Assembly: GCA_044378215.1 (NCBI GenBank)
Contig: JBILXR010000001.1
Coordinates: 1 to 53,400, forward strand
From: Opitutales bacterium
GTDB lineage: Bacteria > Verrucomicrobiota > Verrucomicrobiia > Opitutales > UBA953
DNA: 53,400 bases
Direction of reading: 5' to 3'
The stretch's first letter is position 1; each line of letters starts with the position of its first letter. The position numbers and the translations under genes are program-made. The notes beneath the pieces were generated by a model, which saw only the letters and a list, made by a program, of their open reading frames with translations, ran no database searches and was not told the DNA's origin. Positions 10,733-19,149 of this stretch are shown here, piece by piece.

Positions 10733-13681
10733 ATGCAGGCCGAACGCCTCATCGCCCGCATCCGCGGCCAGCTCGAACTCGGGACGCCTGAGCTCGAGGC
10801 CCGTTCGCTGGCCGGTGAATACGCGGCGCTGTGCCTGCGCGCGCGCGAACGTCTGGAGCAATGCGCCACGCTCGCGCGCGGAGGCAACGAACACGCCGCC
10901 TTCCAGGCCGCGGAAGCAGAACCTGACCTGCTCGGCCTCTGCGCCCTGCTGAGCTTCGCGGAATCCGACCGCTGGCATGCGTTGTGCCGCGAACGCGGCC
11001 TGCCGGCCGGCTTCCCGCTCGACGGCCAGCACGTGCTCGCGGTCGAAAGCCTGTACGGCCGCGTCATCGGCGAAAGCCACCCGCTCTACCGCGACTACCG
11101 CGACGCCATCCGTCGCCGCGACGAAGACCGCGCGCTGGCGGTGCTGCGCTCGATCGTCCGCATCAACCCCGACGACCCGAACGCGCAGTCCGAACTCGCG
11201 CGCCTCTCCGCGAAGTTCCTGCGCGAATCGCTGGGCCGGGTCGGCGCCTTCTTCGCCGAAGCCCGCGCCGCCGAGGCCGCCGAGCTCATGCAGCGCATGG
11301 AGCGCTTCGGGGCCAACGAACTCGCCGGCGAGCCGCGCTGGGACGACGCCCGCGCCCGACGCGCGACCTGGCTGCGGGCCAACGCGGCCGAGCAAGCCAC
11401 GAAGCTCGTCGCCGAAGCCGCCGAGGCCCGCGCCGGCGGTCACTGGGAAGCCTGCGCCGCCGCCTTGGGCCGCACGCGCGCGCTCGAACGCGATCATCAG
11501 CTCAACCTTTCGCCGGAACTGGTCGCGCAGATGGCCGAACTCGAAGCCTGGGCCGGCGAACTCGCCGCGACGGCCGAAGCCGAAGCCGCCCTCCGCGCCG
11601 CCGTCGAAGGATTGCTCGAAGAGTGGCGCATCCTCGGCCTGGAGGCCGCACGCGGCTCTTCGCCTGCGATCCTCATCGTGCGGCTCAGCGCCTGGCTCGA
11701 CCGCGCGGGCCCGCACGCCGAGCGGCTGCCCGAAGGACTGCTGCGCGAAGCCAGCGCGCTCCGTCAGGCCACGCGCACCCGCCTCAACCGTCGCTACCTG
11801 CTGCTGACCTCCTCCTGGGTCGTCGGCCTGCTGCTCGTCGTGGGGGCCGTCGTCGCCGTCAACCTCCAGCGGCAGCAGGAGGAAGAGACGGTCGGCCGCC
11901 TTTCCGAGGCCGCGCGGCTCGTCGAACTGCACGACCACGCCGCCGCCCTGCGCGCCTTGGATGAATTCGAACGCGGCGGGGGGGCGGCGGAGTTGGAACG
12001 ACGGAAGGCGGACACGCGCTCCCTCCGCGAAGCGCTCGCCAAGCAGATGACACTCGAGCAGCAGCTACGGCTCGAGGCCCGTCAACTGGCGGAGACCGGC
12101 CGGCCGGGCATCAATGACGCCAACGTCGCCGGGCTATGCCGTCGCACCGCCGCCTACCTCAAGGCGTTGGAGCCAGCCGGCGCGGCCATGCGGGAACGGC
12201 TGCGGACCGTGCTGCCGGACGCGGAAGGCTTGTCCGCCGCCGTGCAGAATCACCTGGGCAAACTTCGGCAGGAACTCGCCGTGCGCACCGCTTCGCTGAA
12301 CAAGACGGTGAGCGACAACGCCGCGATCGGCGATCCGCTGGCGGCCATGGAGAACCTCGAACGTCTCCGCACTTTGTTGAAGATCCTGGGTGAGGCGGGC
12401 GACCGCGACCTCGACTCCGCCGCCGCCGCCGCCGACCGCGGCGAGATCCGTCTCGCGGGCGACCGCAAGATCGCCGCCGCCCTCCGTACGCTGGATGCCG
12501 CCAGTGACCTCGGCACCTACCTCGCCGCCCTCGCCGACGCCGCCGCGAACACGGCCGGCGAGAAGACCGACCTCGGCGCCCGCGCCTCGTTCGTCTTCAC
12601 GCGCGCCTCCGCCCTGCAGGCCCTGCCGCGCCCCGTGCTCGCGCCGCGCGTCGCCGCGATGTGGGACGCCGCCTTGGCCGCCGACCCGAAAGGCGTCTTC
12701 CAGCACGCCGTGCTGACCGAGACCGAGAAGAGCCTGCTGCGCCGCATCTCCGACACCTCGCTCGCGGACAGCCTCCAGCGCGCCACGCTGAGCCTCTACT
12801 CCGTCCGCGGCGTCACGGCCGGCCGCTCCGTCTACGTGGTCGGACCGATCGCCGAGACCAAGAACGCCTTCACCGACGGCGACGAGTACACCCAGAAGGC
12901 GAAGGAGCTGACCCGCGACGGAGCCGTGCTCGAAGGCGCGTGGCGCCGCCGGGAGTTCAACAACGGCCTCCGCAACGGCGAAGAACTCACCTCGCTCGCC
13001 CCGATCCCGGAACTTGAGTTCATCCGTCAGGTGACCCGCTTCCAGGACGCCCGCACCGGACAGCTGCTCGAGCCTCCGCTGCGCACGATGGAACGCATCC
13101 GCCGCAGCGACTCGCCGTACCCCGAACTGCGCGCGTTCCAACTCCAGGAACTCTACCGGCTCGCCGCCGGCCGCCCCGACGTCTGGGGCCTGCTCTTCTC
13201 GCCGAGCGCGCAGCGCGACGCCGAACAGTTGCGCCGCATCACCCAGAACGCGCTCGAGCCCTACGACTACCTCTTCCGCGACAAGTGGGCCGACGTGAAG
13301 GCCGAACTCCGCGCCTTCCTCGTCCCGCAAGGCGGCGCCGGCTACGCCGAAGAAGCCCGCTTCTGGCGCGAGACGTTCGCGCAGTTACGCACCCGCCGCC
13401 TGGTCTTCGCCGGCATGGTCGGCCGTGACGGTACGCCCCGCCTGCGGGAAGCGACGAAGGGCAGCGCTCTCTACGGCCTCGATAACGAGGGTAAGGTCGC
13501 GGTGCTCTTCCGCGTGGGCGACGACGGCCTGCCGAAGCGCGTCGCCGACGCCGCGCCGCTTTCGCCGCTCCTGCGTTATCCCGGACTCGTCTCCGAAGCG
13601 GCCCAGGCCGCCGGCATCCCCAAAGGACTGAACCCGCCCGACGGCGGCTGGGAGACCCTGCTCCAAGGGCGCGACCTCTGA
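10733..13681 (+). CDS. Large (982 aa) predominantly alpha-helical single-pass membrane protein, possible GASH-like partner
   Basis: Starts 3 nt after the upstream stop. Composition is rich in Ala/Leu/Glu/Arg, consistent with helices. One TM segment YLLLTSSWVVGLLLVVGAVVAV (about 11795-11863). Confidence 0.55.
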   Translation: MQAERLIARIRGQLELGTPELEARSLAGEYAALCLRARERLEQCATLARGGNEHAAFQAAEAEPDLLGLCALLSFAESDRWHALCRERGLPAGFPLDGQHVLAVESLYGRVIGESHPLYRDYRDAIRRRDEDRALAVLRSIVRINPDDPNAQSELARLSAKFLRESLGRVGAFFAEARAAEAAELMQRMERFGANELAGEPRWDDARARRATWLRANAAEQATKLVAEAAEARAGGHWEACAAALGRTRALERDHQLNLSPELVAQMAELEAWAGELAATAEAEAALRAAVEGLLEEWRILGLEAARGSSPAILIVRLSAWLDRAGPHAERLPEGLLREASALRQATRTRLNRRYLLLTSSWVVGLLLVVGAVVAVNLQRQQEEETVGRLSEAARLVELHDHAAALRALDEFERGGGAAELERRKADTRSLREALAKQMTLEQQLRLEARQLAETGRPGINDANVAGLCRRTAAYLKALEPAGAAMRERLRTVLPDAEGLSAAVQNHLGKLRQELAVRTASLNKTVSDNAAIGDPLAAMENLERLRTLLKILGEAGDRDLDSAAAAADRGEIRLAGDRKIAAALRTLDAASDLGTYLAALADAAANTAGEKTDLGARASFVFTRASALQALPRPVLAPRVAAMWDAALAADPKGVFQHAVLTETEKSLLRRISDTSLADSLQRATLSLYSVRGVTAGRSVYVVGPIAETKNAFTDGDEYTQKAKELTRDGAVLEGAWRRREFNNGLRNGEELTSLAPIPELEFIRQVTRFQDARTGQLLEPPLRTMERIRRSDSPYPELRAFQLQELYRLAAGRPDVWGLLFSPSAQRDAEQLRRITQNALEPYDYLFRDKWADVKAELRAFLVPQGGAGYAEEARFWRETFAQLRTRRLVFAGMVGRDGTPRLREATKGSALYGLDNEGKVAVLFRVGDDGLPKRVADAAPLSPLLRYPGLVSEAAQAAGIPKGLNPPDGGWETLLQGRDL

Positions 13682-13683
13682 AC

Positions 13684-14301
13684 ATGGCTCCGACGAACGC
13701 ATTCCGACTCCGCTGGAAAGGCGCCGTGACCGGCCCCTTCCCGCTCGCCCGCGTGCAGGAACTCCTCCGGGCCGGAGAGATCAGCCTGCTCCACAACATC
13801 GAAGTCGACGGGGGCTGGATGACGCTGCGTGACTATCTCCGCGGCGCCGGCCTGACCCGCGTGATCTCGCCTTCCGCCGAAGTCGCGCCCGGCGACCAAC
13901 CGCCGCGCCCGCCGGGGTTCACGCCGCATGACGGCGCAGGGCTCCTGCCCGACGTCGGCCGGTCCGTCGCGGGCGAGAACCTCGAACGCACCGTCCGCGC
14001 CGGCTACCTCTGGTGCGGCTCGACCTTCCTGCTCCCACCGCTCTTCGCGCTGGCGGTCTACGGCTGGCACGTGGTCTCACCGGAGACTCCGCCGATATCT
14101 CTCTTCATTCTGCTGACGTTCACCTCGGCGGTCGGTTGTTTCCTGCCCGTCGCGTTCGTGCGCCGGATCGGCCGGACTCTCGACCAGGAAGGTCTGGCGG
14201 AAATCCGCCAGACCCAGTCCGGCCTCGCCCTGGCTTTGGCCTGCCTAGGCCTGCTTCTTTGGCTCTGGTGCTTCTGGATCATCGTCCACCAGCGCCCCTG
14301 A
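13684..14301 (+). CDS. GYF_2-like domain protein with three predicted TM helices
   Basis: Starts 2 nt after the upstream stop. The N-terminus FRLRWKGAVTGPFPLARVQELLRAGEISLLHNIEVDGGWMTLRDYL resembles GYF_2/DUF4339. Three hydrophobic segments follow. Confidence 0.6.
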   Translation: MAPTNAFRLRWKGAVTGPFPLARVQELLRAGEISLLHNIEVDGGWMTLRDYLRGAGLTRVISPSAEVAPGDQPPRPPGFTPHDGAGLLPDVGRSVAGENLERTVRAGYLWCGSTFLLPPLFALAVYGWHVVSPETPPISLFILLTFTSAVGCFLPVAFVRRIGRTLDQEGLAEIRQTQSGLALALACLGLLLWLWCFWIIVHQRP

Positions 14302-14360
14302 AGCCTCAATCGGCTTGACGAGTCCGAAGGGCTGGGCTGGACTGACCGAACTCGGTTTTC

Positions 14361-14437
14361 GGTAGTGTAGCTCAGTTGGTTAGAGCGAGGGACTCATAAG
14401 CCCTAGGTCGGCAGTTCGATCCTGCCCACTACCACCA
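14361..14437 (+). tRNA. tRNA with CAU anticodon (elongator Met, or Ile2 if lysidine-modified), CCA encoded
   Basis: Cloverleaf folded by hand. Acceptor GGTAGTG/CACTACC, D arm GCTC..GAGC, anticodon loop CTCATAA, T arm GGCAG-TTCGATC-CTGCC, discriminator A plus CCA. Positions 1-72 are paired, so it is not an initiator. Confidence 0.9.
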
Positions 14438-14456
14438 CCGGGTGATGCGTTCACCT

Positions 14457-15005
14457 TCAGGCCTTCAGGATGGCCGAAACCGGGATATCCAGTCCGTCCT
14501 TCCAGAGGGCTTCCAGTGCGTAGCTCTTACGGATGTCCTCACGGAAGACATGGAAGAGCACGTCGAAGGCGTCGACGACCGTCCAGCCGCTGTCGCGCTG
14601 GGATTCGGAGCGGCAAGTCACCCCGATCTCGTCGAGCGCTTGCTCGAGGGCGATACGGAGGGCGCGCAGGTGCGGCTCGGAAGTGCCGGTGGCGATCACG
14701 AGGAAGTCGGCGACGGACGAGATCTGCCCCATCTCCAGGACGCGGATCTCGACGGCCTTCTTGTCATCGAGCGCGCGGATGGCGGTGACGAGGTGAGCCG
14801 GCAGCTTGGGCAGGACGACCATCGGCTTGGCAGCGGTCTTCTCACCGCGGCTCTTGGCCTTCAGGGGCGGGACCGCCGGGATGATGCGACGAGCCGGACG
14901 AGCCGCCGGCTTGCCACCCTTGACGGGCCCGCGGACCTTGAACTTGGACTTCGCGGCTGGGCGGGCCGGGGTCTTCTTGGTGGTCTTCTTTTTAGGGGCG
15001 GACAT
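14457..15005 (-). CDS. rsfS: Ribosome silencing factor RsfS (iojap-like) with basic N-terminal extension
   Basis: C-terminal core AVEIRVLEMGQISSVADFLVIATGTSEPHLRAL...WTVVDAFDVLFHVF. An N-terminal stretch of about 70 aa is rich in Lys/Pro/Ala. Confidence 0.85.
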   Translation of the reverse strand: MSAPKKKTTKKTPARPAAKSKFKVRGPVKGGKPAARPARRIIPAVPPLKAKSRGEKTAAKPMVVLPKLPAHLVTAIRALDDKKAVEIRVLEMGQISSVADFLVIATGTSEPHLRALRIALEQALDEIGVTCRSESQRDSGWTVVDAFDVLFHVFREDIRKSYALEALWKDGLDIPVSAILKA

Positions 15006-15007
15006 GG

Positions 15008-15598
15008 TCAGGCTTGGTAAAGGGAGCGCTCATCGATGTGGCGGGCGACCCCTAGGGGCAAGCCGTTTCGGGGCGAATCACCGCGGCGCAAGGCTTCGCG
15101 TAGCGCGGTCGAGGAAACCTGCACCGGCGGAGCCTTCAGTACCGTCAGGCGGATGACCGCGGCCAGGGACGCCGGCGGCAAGGTCGAGATGCAGTCACGC
15201 GACAGGACGGCGAACTCGACGAGCCCGCAGAGCTCGACGACGTCCTTCCAGCGGTCGAGGCGAGCGAGCTGGTCCGCGCCAAGGATCCAGATCCGCAAGG
15301 CATCCGGGTGCTCGCGCGCGAGTTCGCGGGCGGTATCGACGGACCAGCTGGTACCCGAGCGAAGGGTCTCACGTTCGTCGATGACAGCCCACCGATACTC
15401 CGCGAAAGCGAGCCGGCACATCGTGACGCGGTCGGCGGCGGACGCCACCGGGGCGCCGGTGCGCAAGGGTGCCTGACCCGCCGGGATGACGCGGACTTCA
15501 TCCAGACCGAGCTGCTGCTGCGCGGCCACGGCCGCGGCCACATGGCCCGCATGCGGAGGATCGAAGGTCCCACCCAGGATGCCGATGGCAGTAGGCAT
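15008..15598 (-). CDS. nadD: Nicotinate-nucleotide adenylyltransferase
   Basis: GILGGTFDPPHAGH nucleotidyltransferase motif and a C-terminal SSTALR motif. Lies 2 nt upstream of rsfS. Confidence 0.9.
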   Translation of the reverse strand: MPTAIGILGGTFDPPHAGHVAAAVAAQQQLGLDEVRVIPAGQAPLRTGAPVASAADRVTMCRLAFAEYRWAVIDERETLRSGTSWSVDTARELAREHPDALRIWILGADQLARLDRWKDVVELCGLVEFAVLSRDCISTLPPASLAAVIRLTVLKAPPVQVSSTALREALRRGDSPRNGLPLGVARHIDERSLYQA

Positions 15599-15679
15599 GA
15601 AGTATTACGCTCCGGCGCGGGGCCTGTGGCAACCCAAAGCAGGCTTGAGCCCGAGCCCTTCCACCGAAACACTGCCTCC

Positions 15680-16534
15680 ATGGCGGTCGCCTCCCGATTC
15701 CTCCCTCCGGACTTCGCTCCGTCGCAGACCGTCGTGGTAATCGCCGGCAAAGGCCGCTACCCCGCCCTGCTCGTCGAGTGCGCCCGTGCCCGCAGCGCCA
15801 AGATCAAGCTGGTGTCCTTCGAAGAAGAGACCGACCCGGCCCTCATCGCCGCGTTCGACCCGGCCGACCATCGCGCCATCCCCGTCGGCAAGCTCGGCCA
15901 GATGCTCGACGCCCTCCACGAACTCGGCGCGTCCGGCGCGGTGATGGCCGGCCAGGTCACGCCGCGCAAGCTGTTCACGGGCATGGTGCCCGACCTGAAG
16001 CTCATCGCGCTCATGGCCTCGCTCAAGGAGCGCAACGCCGAGACGATCTTCGGCGCGATCTCCGCCGAGATCGAGAAGGTCGGCGTCCGCATGCTCGACG
16101 CGCGCGTCTTCCTCGACGACCATCTCACCTCGCCCGGCTGCATGACCGGCTGGGTCTGCGGCATCGCCGACGATCAGTTGGCCTTCGGCACGCGCATGGC
16201 CCGCGAGATGGCCCGCCTCGACGTCGGCCAATCCGTCGTCACGGCGAAAGGCACCGTCATCGCCGTCGAAGCTTTCGAAGGGACCGACGACATGCTCCGC
16301 CGCTGCGCCGCCACCGGCGGTAAGGAAATGCTGCTCACCAAGACCGCGAAGCACGCGCAGGACTGGCGCTTCGACGTGCCGTGCTTCGGCGTGAAGACGC
16401 TCGAGAGCATGGCCGAAGGCGGCGTGGCGAAGGCGGCCCTTGAGGCCGACGCGGTCATCCTCATCGACAAACCCGCGGTCATCGCGCGAGCCAAGCAGCT
16501 CGGCGTCGATCTCTTCGGCTTCGGACCGGCCTGA
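15680..16534 (+). CDS. lpxI: UDP-2,3-diacylglucosamine pyrophosphatase LpxI-like (DUF1009)
   Basis: Internal ATG at 15680 (MAVASRFLPP..VVVIAGKGRYP). The longer ORF from 15308 would overlap nadD on the opposite strand. Overall LpxI-like sequence (DVGQSVV...AVEAFEGTDDMLRR). Confidence 0.7.
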   Translation: MAVASRFLPPDFAPSQTVVVIAGKGRYPALLVECARARSAKIKLVSFEEETDPALIAAFDPADHRAIPVGKLGQMLDALHELGASGAVMAGQVTPRKLFTGMVPDLKLIALMASLKERNAETIFGAISAEIEKVGVRMLDARVFLDDHLTSPGCMTGWVCGIADDQLAFGTRMAREMARLDVGQSVVTAKGTVIAVEAFEGTDDMLRRCAATGGKEMLLTKTAKHAQDWRFDVPCFGVKTLESMAEGGVAKAALEADAVILIDKPAVIARAKQLGVDLFGFGPA

Positions 16535-16547
16535 GGTCCGCGTCGGC

Positions 16548-16811
16548 TCAGCCTTCGTAAAAGCCCCAGCCCGCGGCGCTTTCGACAAGGAACCACGCGA
16601 GCAGCGCTCCGAAGACAAGGAGCAGCCACTTGCGGTGGCGGGCCCACAGAACCGGCGTCTCATCGGCGTGATCCAGTCCGCGGCGGGCGCTCAGCAGGAG
16701 CTTCAGGCGCGCATGCCAGGCCAACCGGGTCTGCGACGAAAGATCGGGGTGCGCGTACGCGTTGACCCGATAGTCGGGCCTACGGAACAGGCTGAGAAAG
16801 CGACGCCACAC
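16548..16811 (-). CDS. Hypothetical small membrane protein
   Basis: 87-aa ORF with a C-terminal hydrophobic helix WLLLVFGALLAWFLV. No recognised family. Confidence 0.35.
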   Translation of the reverse strand: MWRRFLSLFRRPDYRVNAYAHPDLSSQTRLAWHARLKLLLSARRGLDHADETPVLWARHRKWLLLVFGALLAWFLVESAAGWGFYEG

Positions 16812-16874
16812 CCCGGCACCTTACACCCTTTACCCACGCTTTACAAGCGGAGCGTCTCTGGGTAAGCCCAAGGA

Positions 16875-17642
16875 GTGAAGTCCACCACCCGGTCCCTCCG
16901 CGCCCTCAAAGGCGTCCGGCCCATCGTCTGCCTGACCGCCTACGATGTGAGCACGGCCCGCATCGCGGACGCCGGCGGCGCCGACCTCATCCTTGTGGGC
17001 GATTCCTTGGGCAACGCGGTCCTGGGTCTGCCCGACACGGTCTGGGTCACCTTGGACATGATGATCCACCACTCGGCCGCGGTCGTCCGCGCGAAGACCG
17101 AAGCACTCGTGGTCGGCGACCTGCCCTTCGGCCTGGCGCACGACAGCTTCCCCAAACTCCTCGGCTACTGCCGACGCTTCCTCCAGGAAGGCGGCGTCAA
17201 AGCGGTGAAGATCGAAGGCGGCGCCTCGCTCGCGCCCGCGATCGCCCGGCTCGTCGACGCCGGCATCCCGGTGATGGGGCACGTCGGCATGCTCCCGCAA
17301 CGCGTCCACTCCGCCGGCTATCGCCGCCGCGGCCTGACGTCCGAAGACCAGAAGAAGATCCTCATCGACGCCCAGGCGGTCGCCGCCGCGGGCGCGTTCG
17401 CGATGGTCGTCGAATGCGTGGACGAATCCTTCATGCCGAAGATCACCGAGGCGGTGTCCATCCCGACGATCGGCATCGGCTCCGGTCGCGGCTGCGACGG
17501 CCAGATCCTCGTCATCCACGACTTGCTCGGCCTCACGCCCGAACCGCCGCCCTTCGCCCGACCTGAAGCCAACCTGCACCGTGACGCGGTCGCGGCCGTC
17601 CGCCGCTGGGCCGCCAAGGTACGCACCAAGAAATCCAAATGA
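16875..17642 (+). CDS. panB: 3-methyl-2-oxobutanoate hydroxymethyltransferase
   Basis: GTG start with AAGGA just upstream. CLTAYD, LVGDSLGN and VKIEGG motifs. Confidence 0.93.
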   Translation: MKSTTRSLRALKGVRPIVCLTAYDVSTARIADAGGADLILVGDSLGNAVLGLPDTVWVTLDMMIHHSAAVVRAKTEALVVGDLPFGLAHDSFPKLLGYCRRFLQEGGVKAVKIEGGASLAPAIARLVDAGIPVMGHVGMLPQRVHSAGYRRRGLTSEDQKKILIDAQAVAAAGAFAMVVECVDESFMPKITEAVSIPTIGIGSGRGCDGQILVIHDLLGLTPEPPPFARPEANLHRDAVAAVRRWAAKVRTKKSK

Positions 17643-18640
17643 ACTGCGTCATCTTCGGAGCCGGCGGCTGGGGTACGGCCATGGCGATCCACCTCGCCCG
17701 CCAAGGCCAGACCGTCACGCTCGTGCCGCGTCGCGCCGAACAAGCCCTCGCCCTCGCCACTACGCGGGAGAACACCGACTACCTGCCCGGCCATCGCCTT
17801 GATGATTCGATTCAGATCGGCCTCGAACCTCTGCCGGCGCTGATGGACGCCGACCTGGTCTTCCTCGCCTGCCCTTCCAAAGGCCTGCCAGAACTGCTCG
17901 CCGCGATCGGCCCCGCCGTCCGCGACTCCGGCGCCAAGATGGCGATCTCGCTCTGCAAAGGACTCGATCTCGCCACCCTGCGCCGGCCTTCGGAACTCAT
18001 GGCCGCGGCCTTCGGCGACCTTCCCGTCGCCACGCTGAGCGGACCGAGCAACGCCGATGAAGTCGCGCAGGGACTACCCACGGCTCTCGTCCTTGCTTCC
18101 ACCGCCGGCGACGCCCTGATGAAAGAAGTCCAGGCGGCCGTCAGCGGACCGACGCTGCGCGCCTACACCTCGACCGACCTCGTCGGCGTCGAGATCGGCG
18201 GTACGCTCAAGAACGTCTACGCCCTCGGCGCAGGTCTCTGCGATGGTCTCGGACTGGGCTCGAACGCCAAGGCCGCGATGCTCACGCGCTCCCTGCAAGA
18301 GATGACCCGCCTCGGCGAAGCGCTCGGCGCGCGCCCGGAGACTTTCCTCGGCCTCGGCGGTGTCGGCGATCTGATGGCCACGGCCCACGGCTCGTGGAGC
18401 CGCAACCGCTCGCTCGGCGAACAGCTGGCCCGGGATCCGCAAGGAACCCTCGCGTCCCTCGCTGCGCGCAAGGAAGCCGTCGAAGGACATCGCGCCGCCG
18501 AAGCGCTCTCGAAGCTCGCGACCAGCCGCGGCCTCACCGCCCCGATCCTTTTCTGCCTGCACGCGATCCTTTACAAGGGGCTCGACCCGCGCGCCGGGGT
18601 CGTCGCCTTGATGACCCGCGACCTCCGTCCGGAGGCATGA
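17639..18640 (+). CDS. gpsA: NAD(P)H-dependent glycerol-3-phosphate dehydrogenase
   Basis: FGAGGWGTAMA Rossmann motif and GTLKNVYALGAG. The start has a 4-nt overlap with panB. Confidence 0.92.
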   Translation: MNCVIFGAGGWGTAMAIHLARQGQTVTLVPRRAEQALALATTRENTDYLPGHRLDDSIQIGLEPLPALMDADLVFLACPSKGLPELLAAIGPAVRDSGAKMAISLCKGLDLATLRRPSELMAAAFGDLPVATLSGPSNADEVAQGLPTALVLASTAGDALMKEVQAAVSGPTLRAYTSTDLVGVEIGGTLKNVYALGAGLCDGLGLGSNAKAAMLTRSLQEMTRLGEALGARPETFLGLGGVGDLMATAHGSWSRNRSLGEQLARDPQGTLASLAARKEAVEGHRAAEALSKLATSRGLTAPILFCLHAILYKGLDPRAGVVALMTRDLRPEA

Positions 18641-19098
18641 GCGAGGACGTCGTCGAGACGCGGCGATCCGGGATCGCCGGCCGAGGACTCTTCGCCCGCC
18701 GAGATTTCGCCAGCGGCGAACGCCTCGCGCCCTACCGCGGACCGACGACCACGACGCCTCCCGTCCGGCCGGAGACCGGCGAAGTCTTCGCCTTGGAAGT
18801 GGCCGCGGGGCTCTGGCTCGACGGGTCGGGCGTCGATAACCCCGGCCGCTGGGCCAACCATTCCTGCGAGCCCAATGCCGAACTCATCTGGCATGACTCA
18901 AGCAGGGAAGCCTGGCTGACAAGCCTCCGCCCCCTGCAAGCCGGGGAGGAAATCACCTTTGATTACGGATTTTCTTTGGCGGACAGCCTCTTCCACCCGT
19001 GCTCCTGCCGGACCCCCGGATGCATCGGCCGGATCATCGCCGCCCCGCTCCGTCCTGCCTTGCGCCGACACCTGCGTTTTTCACGTCCAAGGGATTGA
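18637..19098 (+). CDS. SET-domain protein (putative protein lysine methyltransferase)
   Basis: The internal ATG at 18637 forms an ATGA overlap with the gpsA stop. GIAGRGLFA, NHSCEPNA and EEITFDYG motifs plus a C-terminal Cys cluster (CSCRTPGC). Confidence 0.8.
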   Translation: MSEDVVETRRSGIAGRGLFARRDFASGERLAPYRGPTTTTPPVRPETGEVFALEVAAGLWLDGSGVDNPGRWANHSCEPNAELIWHDSSREAWLTSLRPLQAGEEITFDYGFSLADSLFHPCSCRTPGCIGRIIAAPLRPALRRHLRFSRPRD

Positions 19099-19149
19099 CC
19101 ACCCGACTGGCCAGGGTCAGTTTTGGAAGGTCAATCTGCCCATTTCTCC

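Noticed and set aside
6873-14437. Whether the GTPase module is a recently acquired genomic island integrated at the tRNA.
   Set aside because: I saw no integrase or recombinase, no direct repeat of the tRNA 3' end at the far boundary (6756-6872), and no visible drop in GC or change in codon style within the four genes. I kept it only as a low-interest synteny question.
15308-15679. 5' extensions of track ORFs: lpxI from 15308, the SET gene from 18394, gudD from 46420, the isomerase from 37288, the HDAC gene to 23568, the secreted protein to 27044 and lexA from 49714.
   Set aside because: The extensions overlap neighbouring well-supported genes or regulatory sites and encode Arg/Pro-rich filler. 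Internal starts give canonical N-termini or signal peptides, and several form ATGA/TGATG couplings.
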